Below, piece after piece: positions 40,341 to 51,255 of a stretch of DNA of 64,000 nt. Source of the DNA: Candidatus Latescibacterota bacterium (lineage in GTDB: Bacteria > Latescibacterota > UBA2968 > GCA-2709665); contig OZ241917.1 in assembly GCA_965203805.1 (NCBI GenBank), positions 1,856,001 to 1,920,000 of the forward strand. The letters are read 5' to 3'. Both the position numbers and the translations under genes were made by a program. Numbering within the stretch: position 1 is the stretch's first letter; every line of letters starts with the position of its first letter. A model generated the notes under the pieces. The model was not told the origin of the DNA, made no database searches, and saw only the letters and a program-made list of their open reading frames with translations.

Positions 40341-42857
40341 TTATCGTATGGCAAACGAAACCTCGGACGATGCATGGCTTCCCGCGATCTCATCCGAAAC
40401 CTTAACGATCAACAACTGATGCCCCGGATCGGTTTTCGACATATCCAGTTCCAGGTATCCGTACTCATCGGCTCTGTCTCCCTCGTGCGCGTACTCCACG
40501 TTCACGACCTCAGCCTTTCTGTCGATGCCGACCAACCTGCCAAGCGCCTTCAGGATCTTCACCGCTACGTTACCTTTATGGAGCGAATGCAGTTCGTACA
40601 ATACCCGGTACCTTGTCCTGCCGAACTCGTCCTTCGTCAGGTTGTAGACTTCGTAATAGACAAACACCGGCTGTCCCACGAAATAGAACAGACTCGGATT
40701 AGGCACCACCTCGACCTCACCTTTTGTGAATTTGCTGCCACGGCTTGGACGAATCAACGAGGCCATCTCAATATCACTCACCTTCAGCGAGTCATCGCCA
40801 TATGGATGCAGCACCACTTCGCGGTTGTAGACCTGAGACTTTTCCGACGACGTGTCCAGAATCTGCACGGATAGCCGATAGGTACCGGGCGCCGCGGTGA
40901 TACGGTCCATTGCCGGCACAAATGCGATCTGGGTGGTATCAATCGGTCCCGACGTGTACAGCTCCATATCCTCGCTCGACCGATACACCGGCTTGTTATC
41001 CTCGTCGTGCAGCGCCAGGCCCCGCTTCAAGTATGCCGTCAGCCTTCCGTCGAGTCCTTCTTTGTAGTCAAGTTCACGCGTGGGAATACCATAGTACACC
41101 TCCAGTTTTGCCGAACGGTCATCTGCCTTGAATCGAGCTGCGTCATAGAAGAAATCGAGGGGGGCAGTGGCAAAGTCCTGTTCGTAAATCGCCGGCGTCT
41201 TGCGCGCCGCGCGTTGCATCACCAGACCGGGGTTCATTCGCTGCCATATCAAATTTGACTTGATCGAAGTATCGATCGAAGGATGAAGGATTTCATCTGT
41301 TGGCTCGTCAGTCGACATCGAAGTATCTATCGAAGTATCGATCCAAGGATCAGGGATTTCATCCATTAGCCCGTCAGTCAACAAGGTGGTGCCGGGGTTT
41401 CGCCCTGTGATCTCGTCCACCCAGATAGCGGCGCCCGCATGCGGCACCTCTGCGTACTTGTAGGCGCCTGGGCCTGGCCCGTGTTCCTGTACAAAAGTCA
41501 CTTCCACGCCACCATCGACGTTCGGGTAAATCCAGTATTCCCAGACGCCTCGAACGGGGTATACCGGGTAACCAAGAATCGTAGATAGCGTCTGCTGGTC
41601 GTCCATACCCTTCTCTACTGATCCACTCATCGACCTGTAGAAGCTGACCATGCGCCGGTTCAGAAGGAGGTGAGGCAAGGCTTCGCCAGCCTGGTTCATC
41701 AGCCGGTCCTTAACTGCAAGAACCCTTGGGTCCGTCTCAAATCGGATGTTCTCCGACGCACTGATGTGATCGGGCCTTCCATAACGTACATACACCTCCC
41801 CACGTACGTCCCAGGGGAATTCGTACTCGCTGAAATGCTCCCGTGCATACGCCACCCGGCGGCAGTGCTCTATCCACCGTTCGTTGGCCGCCGTCACCGG
41901 CGCAGGATCCCGAGGCGCCCAGAAAATTTCGGATTGCGCCTTGCGCTCTTCATCTGGCGTCGCCTGGAAGCGGGACAGTTCATCGCTGTTAACCACCAGG
42001 CTTAGATCATAGTATAATGCCTGCTCGCCGGGTGGCAGACCCTCCAGGAAAGCATCCAGTATCGCATCAAACGGATCGTGGTCACGCGCATGCTGATACA
42101 TCTCCGCCAGATCCAGGAACGCGCGCCGCTGATAGGCATTCGGCGTATCCACGACTGTCTTGAACATCGCCAACGCTTCATCCGTGCGTCCTTCTTCCTT
42201 CAACCACTGTGCAAGATAGGTCCGAGCCCCGAAATGTGCTCGATTCACCTGGAGTTGCCGGCGGAACGCTTCCTCTGCGTTTCGCGCATTTCGAAATCGA
42301 CCCGCTCTTCCATCTTTGTAGATCCGACCAATCTGGAACCAGACATCGTGATGATCCGGGTCCACCTTAACGAGTTTCTTGTACGTGTCCAGTTCCCTCG
42401 AATTGCCAATTTCCTGGTACGATTGGGCCAGGTTGTAGTACGCTTCCACGTAACCTCGGTCAGCCCGAACGGCCCTTCGAAAATACTTGATTGCCCAATC
42501 CAGCATTTTCTCTGTATTGCGAAACACGAGACCCAGTCCGTTCAGGGCCGGTGCGAAGTTCTTCCGCTTTCGGAGGGCTTCTCGGAACGCTTTCTCGGCA
42601 TCCTTCAGATTTCCCTTTTTCAGGTGGACATGGCCCAGCCCGACGTAAGAAGGCGCATGTTTCGAGTTGATCTCCAGTGCCGCCTGAAAACACCTCTCGG
42701 CATTCTCATATTTCCCGGATTCGAGATAGGCCAGCCCGGATTTATACGTGCTATCGACCCGTGAGATGTCCTTTGCAGTCGATCCTTCGGCCGGACTTTC
42801 GCCCAAACAAACGACAATCGTGATCGATGCAATCAAATAGTGCTTGAACCAGTACAT
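40341..42857 (-). CDS. GWxTD-domain TPR protein (third paralog, inside the island)
   Basis: Signal peptide, TPRs, FW..RDP.PVT..NER..EH.RRV.YA and WDVRGEVYVRYGRPD. Confidence 0.85.
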   Translation of the reverse strand: MYWFKHYLIASITIVVCLGESPAEGSTAKDISRVDSTYKSGLAYLESGKYENAERCFQAALEINSKHAPSYVGLGHVHLKKGNLKDAEKAFREALRKRKNFAPALNGLGLVFRNTEKMLDWAIKYFRRAVRADRGYVEAYYNLAQSYQEIGNSRELDTYKKLVKVDPDHHDVWFQIGRIYKDGRAGRFRNARNAEEAFRRQLQVNRAHFGARTYLAQWLKEEGRTDEALAMFKTVVDTPNAYQRRAFLDLAEMYQHARDHDPFDAILDAFLEGLPPGEQALYYDLSLVVNSDELSRFQATPDEERKAQSEIFWAPRDPAPVTAANERWIEHCRRVAYAREHFSEYEFPWDVRGEVYVRYGRPDHISASENIRFETDPRVLAVKDRLMNQAGEALPHLLLNRRMVSFYRSMSGSVEKGMDDQQTLSTILGYPVYPVRGVWEYWIYPNVDGGVEVTFVQEHGPGPGAYKYAEVPHAGAAIWVDEITGRNPGTTLLTDGLMDEIPDPWIDTSIDTSMSTDEPTDEILHPSIDTSIKSNLIWQRMNPGLVMQRAARKTPAIYEQDFATAPLDFFYDAARFKADDRSAKLEVYYGIPTRELDYKEGLDGRLTAYLKRGLALHDEDNKPVYRSSEDMELYTSGPIDTTQIAFVPAMDRITAAPGTYRLSVQILDTSSEKSQVYNREVVLHPYGDDSLKVSDIEMASLIRPSRGSKFTKGEVEVVPNPSLFYFVGQPVFVYYEVYNLTKDEFGRTRYRVLYELHSLHKGNVAVKILKALGRLVGIDRKAEVVNVEYAHEGDRADEYGYLELDMSKTDPGHQLLIVKVSDEIAGSHASSEVSFAIR

Positions 42858-42872
42858 ATGGAACCCTCCCCT

Positions 42873-44257
42873 GAGATATTGTCAAATGTTGTGGATTACG
42901 ACGAGCGCATCCTGGTGGATTAAGCGGGGGCTTTGATGTCTCCGTCCTGGAATTCGACGCCCTGGACGATGAGTTCAATGAGTTTGTGACCGTGTAGTCT
43001 TTGCCAGTGTTTTTGGGCTTGGTCTGCCAGTTTGTAGACCATCATCATCGTGGCGTTTCGGGAGCCACATCCTTTGGTCTGTCGTGTGCGGTGGCGAACG
43101 GTGCTGAAGGTGGATTCGATGGGATTGGTGGACCGTAGGTGTCGCCAGTGGGCAGCCGGGAAGTCGTAAAACGCGAACAGCACGTCCTTGTCTTTTTCCA
43201 GGCACGCACACGCTTTGGGGTATTTGGGTTCATACAGGGACAGGAAGTCCTCGTAGGCGTTCAGGGCATCCTGTCGGGTGGGTGACAGATATATCTGGTG
43301 GAGGCGCGCTTTGGCCTGCGCCTGGATCGTTTTGGGGAGGTTATCCAGCACGTTGGCACTCTTATGCACCCAGCAGCGCTGATGATGGGTTTGCGGGAAG
43401 ACTTCCTCCAGTGCCGCCCAGAACCCCAGACCCCCATCGCCAATGGCCAGAGCGCTTCCTTCAACCCTCGCCTTTTCAGATCCGTCAGCACGCCCTGCCA
43501 GGACAGCTTGCTTTCTCGATGCCCGTCTTCTATGGCCAAAAGCTCCTTTCGGCCGTCCCTGGTGGCGCCGATGAGGACTAAGACACAGGGACGGTCCGGT
43601 TCCAGCCGCACCTGGAAATAGATGCCATCAGCCCACACATACACGTAGTGTTTATCCGAAAGATCCCGATGACGCCACGCCTCATATTCCTGTTCCCAAA
43701 TCTGTTTGAGACGAACCACGTTGGCGGGTGACAATCCAGGGGCCTGCTCGCCCAGAATGGCGGCAAGGGCCTCAGGGAACGACGACGTGGAGACGCCCTT
43801 GAGATACAGCGCCGGAATCAACGCATCGATCGAAGGCGCACGACGCAGTTACCGCGGCAAGATGGCTGAACGAAACGCTTTGCCCTCACGTTTGTCGTGC
43901 ACACGCGGCTGGCGGATCGGATTCGGGCCCATGCCCTTGATGAGGTCCCGCGCCCTGTGAGTGCCATTCCTGACCACCTGCCGGTGACCCTGTTCGTCTT
44001 TCTCGTCTTGCAAGTTCTCGACGTAGGCTTCCACCTCGAACTCTAACGCGGCTTGCAACATCCGCCTGGCCCCAACACGGATCAGGCCTTCCAGGCTCAA
44101 CGTCACTTCTTCTTTGACTATCGTCTCTACTTCGGAGGCTGTATATTGTTTCATTGAGCGTATCCTTTCTCCCTCGTCCGAGGGGCCTCGCGGGTTTTTG
44201 GTGACACGTAAGGATACGCTCTTTTTTTATCTCATCCACAACTTTCGAATATAACTC
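42873..44257 (-). mobile_element. IS256-family element with frameshifted transposase
   Basis: IRs GAGATATTGTCAAATGTTGTGGAT and ATCCACAACTTTCGAATATAACTC; transposase split over 43849-44154, 43261-43821 and 42920-43369 (LYLKGVST, WADGIY, STNPIESTF). Confidence 0.88.
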
Positions 44258-44604
44258 CAAAACGTCCCTGAAAAACTCGATGTGCATCTCATCGTCTACA
44301 ACTATAGTACCCACAGACACTCCAAGGTGAAACGATGGCTTTCGCAAAGACTCAGATAACACCTTCACGTTACCCCGACCTAGCATCCTGGCCCAACCAG
44401 GTCGAGATCTGGTTCAATATCATCACTCAGAAGGCCATCAGGCGCGGCTGCTGTCAGATCCGTCAAAGAACTCATCGATAAAAAACAAAGCTTCACCGAC
44501 AACTACAACGAGTCGGCGAAACCTTTCGTATGGAACGCCACCGCACAATCCATCATCCAAAAAGCCGAATGTTTTTGCAGAGGTATTTCTGGGACGCAAC
44601 ACTC
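44258..44604 (+). pseudogene. IS630-family transposase C-terminal remnant
   Basis: Manual translation DVHLIVYNYSTH..VKRWL..., NQVEIWFNIITQKAIRRG, YNESAKPFVW with internal stops; truncated at the IS256 end. Confidence 0.75.
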
Positions 44605-44737
44605 AAGTTGGAGATTAAAGGATACCCCTCACTGAAGCCCCACACCTTGCAAGGCGATCCGTAATGTGCTGCCTCCATACGACAGTGCTGAACTGCGTTC
44701 TTAGACGGCAAACTGTGTCTTGGGTATAAGGGGGATC

Positions 44738-47700
44738 TCAGGCTGAGCGGATACGCAAATAGGCTCGAGGAATCATACAAATGGGTACCACGATAACCAG
44801 CAGAGCCGATGAGACAACCAGCCCTCCGGACGTACCTATCGCGAGGGTGTACCATATTTCGGACCGATCGCCATGCAGCATTAGCGGGAGAAAACCCGCA
44901 ACGGTGGTCAGTGTTGTGATAAAGATCGGTCGCAACCGCTGGAATGCGGCCCGGACAACAGCGTCAATGGGAGACGACGGTCTCGCCTTCAATGTACGAG
45001 AAATATTATGGACCAGCAGAATGGCGTTGTTCACTGAAATGCCCATCAGAAGCAATAGGGAGGCGTAACCGCCCTTGTTAAAGGACGCACCGAACAGGTA
45101 AATCCCAGCTCCGACCCCGATGAGGGCCAGCGGCAATGCAATCAATACGAGGATCGGCCGCGTCCATGACTCGAACAGAGCAGACGTGATCATCCACACA
45201 AGTAGCACTGAAAGCAATACAATGAAAACCAGTTCCTTTTTTCCGTCTTCGGTAAGGTCCCTCCGCATATAACCCTTGTTCAGGCTGTAACCGTAAGGCA
45301 AGTCCGTTTTTGCTATCAGATCTTCAACTAACTTTTCGGAATAGTTGAAGTCTGCAAGGACGGTAAAACCAACCTCTTTGACGTAGCGCTGGTTGTCGCG
45401 TTCGATTGTCGGCCTCGCATACTGCTTTTCCAGATGGCTGATGTGGCCGATCCGCGCGGCGTATCCCTCCAGCAAAACATGCCTAAGTTGACGGAGGTCC
45501 GTGCCGCCCTCCGCTTTCGCCGAGATGGCTGCCGGTACTTCCCGTCCGTCCAATGACATGCGCTGAATGGAAGAACCCTCATCCAGGCGGGCTTGTATTT
45601 CATCCACAACCATGGCGTGATCAACACCCAAGGGGGAGGTTCTCGTATGGTCAATCCGTGCCAGAATTTCATACCTTGGCGGACCGTAAGTGCGGTCGAC
45701 CTGAATGTCGCGTACTCTCCGCGATCGGCGCTCCTTCAAGCGCTCTGCAATTCCTTCCGCAATATCTCCCACATTCCGCAGGTTGTAGCCCTGTACCTCC
45801 AGTTGTCTGTTCACGCCACTAGCGCCCAGAGGCTTACCCGCCGGATCAATGTCCTGGCCCCATACACGGAATCCCACGCCGCCGATATTGCCGCCATAAA
45901 CGACCAAGTGTTCATAAAGCAAATAGGGAATGGCCGACCGTTTATATTCATCCTTCAGCCGGATCTGAATGAGTCCGTACCTCCCCGAACTCTGTGTGAT
46001 GATGCCACTGATGACGGAGGAGAAACTGAGAAGCTGCTTCTCGATCCCCTTAAAGATCCCATCCAGCCGACTGATGTGCGCATTGAAGGGCATCTCAAGA
46101 AACACGATGAGGGAGAATCCTTCCGCAATTTCCCTCATGATATGCCTGTGCGGCGCTCCGTCAACCCGGTGGTCTACGTCTTTGAACAGATAGTAGGTTG
46201 CGCCCCCGAGAATCAGATTCAGAGTTGGTCTCAGGAATAAGGCTGTTGGATTGCCCCAGACGTTGTTGTAGAGTCGTGCGGACCCTTCCGAAAGACGTCT
46301 CCACGGCGAGCGAGGTGTTTGTTCTTGTTCGTCTGTCACGCGGCTGTAATTGTCTGATGCGGCCATTGTGTCCCTGCTGGCGAGCCAATCTGTGTATTCC
46401 TGCCGCGTCGCGACCATTCCGGTTGATGCGTACTCATTTGGCCGATTCGCTTGGCGCTGGCCGACTTGCTCCGGGAGGAGCCAAATTGGAAAGCCCACCA
46501 TCCATGCCAAGAGTGCCAGTATCAATACCCTTTGTCGGCCACACATGCCCAGGGTCCGCTGATATAGACGAAACATCGGATCAACGCTCCGAACAGCAGA
46601 TTCCTGCTGGAGCACCGACCGGTAGAAAAACGTGGGAATCAGGACCAGTGCAATTAGGAGGGAAAGCAGGAGGGTTAAACCTAATGATACAACAAGAGGT
46701 TTGAAATACTGCTGCAGGTCTTCCGATAGAAAGAGAACCGGCAAAAAAGCGCCAATGGTCGTCAGATTCGAAGCCGCGACCGGGTACATAACTCCGCGCA
46801 ACCCTTGAGCCACTGCCTGTTTCAAGTTGACGTCGGTAGCACGCTCGTCTGCGCTACGCCGGACGTAATCGTATACGACAATAGCATTGTCTACACAAAC
46901 CCCGAAACCGATGGTAAAACCAGCCAATGTCACCAGGTTCAGGTGCAAACCAAACAAAAAAAACAGGCTCAGGGCCCCAAGTACGGACAATAGGACAGAA
47001 GCAAGAATCAGGATCACAGAATGAAAGCGCCTGAATACCCCCGCCAACACCAGACATATGAGCAACATAGAGACGGCTGAACGTCGGAGCAGGAACCGCA
47101 GCTCCGCATGTATTTCGGCGCCTGCGTCATTTAGTACGATGATCTCGATACCATCCGGCATTTGCCCGGACAAATCAGAGATCTTTTCCCGAACCCGCCC
47201 GGAGGTGCGAATCATATCGCTTCCGTGCGCTCGCTCAATCCGGACGGCCACTGCGTTTCGTCCATTAATTCGGAACACGGATTCGGGATCACGGTGCCGG
47301 TACCGCACATCGGCCACGTCGCCCAGCGGGATGGCACGGGCCATTCCGGCGCCCGGCAGAGGAATCCGTCTGATCTCATCCAAGTTCTCAAAACCGCTCT
47401 TCAACTGGATGCGGCTAATGGCCCCGTGCGTCTCTGTCGCGTCTAAGGAACGAGTTTGCATTCCTCGGGCGGCCAAGGCGACCCTCAACCGATTCATATC
47501 AATACCTCTGCTCCGAGCAAGGTCCTGATCCAACTCGATCATGACGCCTCGTTCGCCTCCGCCCTGTACCGAGACGGCTCTGACCCCGGGGATAGCCAAC
47601 AGCGGCAGACGAACCCGCTCTCGAACCAGGCTCCGCAGTTCCGAGGCATCCGCTTGACCGTGTACAAAGCAGACGAAAAAATCCCTTAATTCTCTGCGAA

Positions 47701-48106
47701 GACTTGGGGCCGACCGACGAACGACAGGCCACGAGACACGCTCCGGTCTCTCGCGGAAGAAGGTATAGATCCGTTCTTTGATTTCCAGTTCCGCTCGTTC
47801 AATGTCTACCGAACGTGCAAATTCAGCGACGACACTTGCACCACCCTCGCGGGTTGATGAGCGTATTGTAGCCACATCCCTCACGCCACGTACAAGCGAC
47901 TCGACCGGGGCTGTGAGCCGGGACTCGATCGTAAGTGCAGACGCACCGGGCCACGATATGCTTATTGTGAGTTGTGACGCATCTGCTTCTTCACCTATAT
48001 CGATAGGGATTAGAGGAAAACACATCATTCCAATGGCAAAAATCGCTCCGCAGGCAACCCCCACGGCAACCGGCCGATCCAGCATCTGGTGCGCCAATCC
48101 CCGCAT
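44738..48106 (-). CDS. RND efflux permease (AcrB/AcrD/AcrF family), subunit 2
   Basis: WPGAS...IE..LT.PVE, VDNAIVV, VNNAILLV and RLRPIFITTLTT. Confidence 0.92.
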   Translation of the reverse strand: MRGLAHQMLDRPVAVGVACGAIFAIGMMCFPLIPIDIGEEADASQLTISISWPGASALTIESRLTAPVESLVRGVRDVATIRSSTREGGASVVAEFARSVDIERAELEIKERIYTFFRERPERVSWPVVRRSAPSLRRELRDFFVCFVHGQADASELRSLVRERVRLPLLAIPGVRAVSVQGGGERGVMIELDQDLARSRGIDMNRLRVALAARGMQTRSLDATETHGAISRIQLKSGFENLDEIRRIPLPGAGMARAIPLGDVADVRYRHRDPESVFRINGRNAVAVRIERAHGSDMIRTSGRVREKISDLSGQMPDGIEIIVLNDAGAEIHAELRFLLRRSAVSMLLICLVLAGVFRRFHSVILILASVLLSVLGALSLFFLFGLHLNLVTLAGFTIGFGVCVDNAIVVYDYVRRSADERATDVNLKQAVAQGLRGVMYPVAASNLTTIGAFLPVLFLSEDLQQYFKPLVVSLGLTLLLSLLIALVLIPTFFYRSVLQQESAVRSVDPMFRLYQRTLGMCGRQRVLILALLAWMVGFPIWLLPEQVGQRQANRPNEYASTGMVATRQEYTDWLASRDTMAASDNYSRVTDEQEQTPRSPWRRLSEGSARLYNNVWGNPTALFLRPTLNLILGGATYYLFKDVDHRVDGAPHRHIMREIAEGFSLIVFLEMPFNAHISRLDGIFKGIEKQLLSFSSVISGIITQSSGRYGLIQIRLKDEYKRSAIPYLLYEHLVVYGGNIGGVGFRVWGQDIDPAGKPLGASGVNRQLEVQGYNLRNVGDIAEGIAERLKERRSRRVRDIQVDRTYGPPRYEILARIDHTRTSPLGVDHAMVVDEIQARLDEGSSIQRMSLDGREVPAAISAKAEGGTDLRQLRHVLLEGYAARIGHISHLEKQYARPTIERDNQRYVKEVGFTVLADFNYSEKLVEDLIAKTDLPYGYSLNKGYMRRDLTEDGKKELVFIVLLSVLLVWMITSALFESWTRPILVLIALPLALIGVGAGIYLFGASFNKGGYASLLLLMGISVNNAILLVHNISRTLKARPSSPIDAVVRAAFQRLRPIFITTLTTVAGFLPLMLHGDRSEIWYTLAIGTSGGLVVSSALLVIVVPICMIPRAYLRIRSA

Positions 48107-48108
48107 CT

Positions 48109-51100
48109 TCAGTTCTTCTTCCTGACCAATACAGCGTAGATGATGGGTACGAAAACCAAGGTTCCCAGCGTTGCCAGAGAAATACCGCCCACGATAGCCC
48201 AGGCCAGAGGACGCCGCAGTTCCGCCCCGCTGCCGCTGGACAGGGCCATAGGCAGCAAACCGCATACCGTTGTCATCGTTGTCATACAGATGGGGCGAAA
48301 ACGCTTCCGCCCTGCGTCCAGAATCGCCAGCTGAAGGTCGCCGCTTGTCTGAACACGATGGTGGATGAAGTCCACCTTGACAATAGCGTCGTTCACAACG
48401 ATTCCCACCAGCACGATGCAGCCCAATAGGGACATCACGTTTAGTGTATTTCCCGTCAGCCAGAGGGTCGTCACAACCCCCGTGGATGCCAGTGGGACCG
48501 TCGTGATAATGACAAGCGGAACCATAAGTGATTCGAACTGGGCGGCAAGGATGAAATACACCAGTATTAGCGATATCGCAAGAATCGAGAGGATGTTCCG
48601 GTATTGCTCAAACATGTGCGCGTATTGGGAGCCGCTCTCAATCCAATATCCATTTGGGAGGCCGATCTTGTCCACTATCCGGGCAACCAAATCACGTGCC
48701 TGGTCTCGATGAATCTCATGTAATCCGGCCGTAATGGTGACGGTACGTGCTTGTTCCTGGCGATGGATCTCCTCAAAGTCTTCAGCGGGTTCGAGATGAA
48801 TCAGTTCAGAAAGAGGCACGTGAATGACACGGCCACGTTTACGTACGGGGTATTTGATGGTCAAGATGCGCTTCAGGTCAAGGTTGCCGCGGCCTTCCGC
48901 GAGCACCCGAATGTCGATCTGCTCGACAAAATCGACAAACCGGGTAGGAATACTACCGTCAAGATGCCGCTCGATAAAAAGGGAAAGTTTCTCGGGACGG
49001 ACACCGTATATGATAGCGGCGTCGCGGTCCACACGTACACTATAAGCCCGCCTTCCTTGCGTCAGATCGGATTGCACATTGACAAAGCTCGGTGACTGCC
49101 GCATGAATTCGCAGATTCGTCGACTCAATGCAGCCAGCGTATCCAAGTCAGAACCCACAATCTTGACGTCGAACTGTGCCTGCTGAACTTGAAACAAGTG
49201 TTCAAAGACTGATTCCGGCCGAGAGAGCGTGAGGGTCAGCCCTCCGAATTCAGTGAATGCGCCCTCGAGTCGACGCGCTACCTCCACTCCCGCGGCGTCT
49301 TTCGTCAGTTCTATATCTAGAAGTGCCTTATTCAGACCCGGCTGATACCTACCGTCCATAGCCTCCCGTGTGATTCCCACCGATGCCAGAACTGACTCAA
49401 CGCCACGCTCCGTTAAAACGCGTTTCTCCAGGCGGGTAACTTGCGCCGAAGTCGTCGTCAAACTCGCATCCTGCGGCAATTCGACCTGAACGATCAGACG
49501 TTTCCTGTCCACATCCGGCATCAGTTCCCTGTCCATCTTCAGCGCCATCCAACCGCTTACCGGAAGCGGAAAAACCGCTACGCAGATCACCTTCCATCGG
49601 TGGCGAAGTGCTATCGACAGGGCCCTTTCGTAAATTGCGAAAACACCGGCGACAATACGTTGAAAGAGTTCAATAGACCGCACGAACGGGATCAAGCCTA
49701 TGGATGCATATCGATATACAAGACGAAACCGGCCTCTGTTGACGCGCTCTGGCTTCCACTGCCGGGAAGCAAGCATCGGTAGCAGCGTAATCGACACTAA
49801 TAGGGAGGCTGCCAGCGCTAAGGAGATTGTTACGGCCTGCTCGAAGAAGAGCACTCCCGCCATTCCTTTGATGTACACCAGCGGCAAAAAAACCGACATT
49901 GTGGTAAACGTAGAGGCGGTAATCGCTAACCCGACTTCGTTGGTGCCTCTGACGGAAGCTTCTCGAGAATCGGCCTGAAGCTCCCGATGGCGAAAGATGT
50001 TTTCCAAAACCACGATAGAGTTGTCGACCAGTATCCCAATACCCAGAGCCAGTCCACCCAGCGAAATCACATTCAAATGAATATCTAGGAAGTACATACA
50101 GATGAAAGTCGCAATGATCGACACCGGAATGGAGAGACCGATGATGATTGGGTTTCTCAAGTCCCTGAGAAACAGCACAAGCGAAACAAAAGCGAAGAGT
50201 CCGCCGAGGTAAAGGGACTGCAGCACATTGTCTACGGATTCCCGTATGAACTCTGCCTGATCGAATAGCGGCTGCACCTCAAAATCAGGATAATCCCGAG
50301 AAAACCGGTAGAGATCGCCGTAGACTTTTTCCGACGTATCCACCGTGTTGGAACCCGCCTCCTTGAAGAGATGCAGGGTGATTACCTCGCTGCCGTTCAA
50401 ACGTGTATACCCTCTCCGGTCAGTGAAACCCTTCTCAATGCGGGCGACATCCTTGAGGCGAATCTGTTTGGGCTCATGTCGGACCGGAATACGCCCCATC
50501 TCGTCAATGCGGGTGAACTCCGCCTGAATTCGGAGGGGAAACCGTGAATACCCTTCACGGACCGCTCCACCAAAGCTAACCACATTGAATTGTTTCAGGC
50601 TACTTTCCACGTCCTCAAAGCTAACTCCATATCGCCTGCATTTTTCCGTGTCGAGGTAGACTCGAATCTCTCGCTCCTGGCCTCCTACGACCTGCACATA
50701 GGCAACACCGTCGATCTGTTCAAGGCGACGCTTGACAACGGACTCCGACACCTCCTTTAATTCCATCAGGGCTTCGTTGTAGTCCTGACGCGACCGAGGA
50801 CGTTCAATTCGCGACCCAGTAACGATTAACGTCATGATTGGGGCTGAGGCGGGATCAAAGCGCAATATAGTTGGACGTCCTGCGGCCTGCGGAAGCATTC
50901 CCTGGTCCAAGCTGCTTCGAACCTGAACGAATGCCAGATCCATGTCGCTTCCCCAGCGAAACGACACATCCACAAAGGAAAGGCCCTCACGGGAAACCGA
51001 ACGGATTCTGTGCACTTTGCTCACTGCGCTCAGAACGGCTTCGAGAGGGCGAGTGACGTATTCTTCCACGTCACGAGCGTTCATCGTGGGACACTCGGTT

Positions 51101-51243
51101 CGCACGATAAGTCTTGGTACATCGATATCGGGAAGGAAGTCCACACTCAGCCGGAAGAGTGAATAAACGCCAAGCAGAATAACGCCAAGAAAGCAAACAG
51201 TGGTGGCTACCGGCCGGTTGACCACAACGCGCACAATTCGCAT
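48109..51243 (-). CDS. RND efflux permease (AcrB/AcrD/AcrF family), subunit 1
   Basis: RPVAT, GILVDNSIVVLENI, GIVVNDAI and RFRPICMTTMTT. Confidence 0.93.
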   Translation of the reverse strand: MRIVRVVVNRPVATTVCFLGVILLGVYSLFRLSVDFLPDIDVPRLIVRTECPTMNARDVEEYVTRPLEAVLSAVSKVHRIRSVSREGLSFVDVSFRWGSDMDLAFVQVRSSLDQGMLPQAAGRPTILRFDPASAPIMTLIVTGSRIERPRSRQDYNEALMELKEVSESVVKRRLEQIDGVAYVQVVGGQEREIRVYLDTEKCRRYGVSFEDVESSLKQFNVVSFGGAVREGYSRFPLRIQAEFTRIDEMGRIPVRHEPKQIRLKDVARIEKGFTDRRGYTRLNGSEVITLHLFKEAGSNTVDTSEKVYGDLYRFSRDYPDFEVQPLFDQAEFIRESVDNVLQSLYLGGLFAFVSLVLFLRDLRNPIIIGLSIPVSIIATFICMYFLDIHLNVISLGGLALGIGILVDNSIVVLENIFRHRELQADSREASVRGTNEVGLAITASTFTTMSVFLPLVYIKGMAGVLFFEQAVTISLALAASLLVSITLLPMLASRQWKPERVNRGRFRLVYRYASIGLIPFVRSIELFQRIVAGVFAIYERALSIALRHRWKVICVAVFPLPVSGWMALKMDRELMPDVDRKRLIVQVELPQDASLTTTSAQVTRLEKRVLTERGVESVLASVGITREAMDGRYQPGLNKALLDIELTKDAAGVEVARRLEGAFTEFGGLTLTLSRPESVFEHLFQVQQAQFDVKIVGSDLDTLAALSRRICEFMRQSPSFVNVQSDLTQGRRAYSVRVDRDAAIIYGVRPEKLSLFIERHLDGSIPTRFVDFVEQIDIRVLAEGRGNLDLKRILTIKYPVRKRGRVIHVPLSELIHLEPAEDFEEIHRQEQARTVTITAGLHEIHRDQARDLVARIVDKIGLPNGYWIESGSQYAHMFEQYRNILSILAISLILVYFILAAQFESLMVPLVIITTVPLASTGVVTTLWLTGNTLNVMSLLGCIVLVGIVVNDAIVKVDFIHHRVQTSGDLQLAILDAGRKRFRPICMTTMTTVCGLLPMALSSGSGAELRRPLAWAIVGGISLATLGTLVFVPIIYAVLVRKKN

Positions 51244-51255
51244 AAGCGCCAAGCC

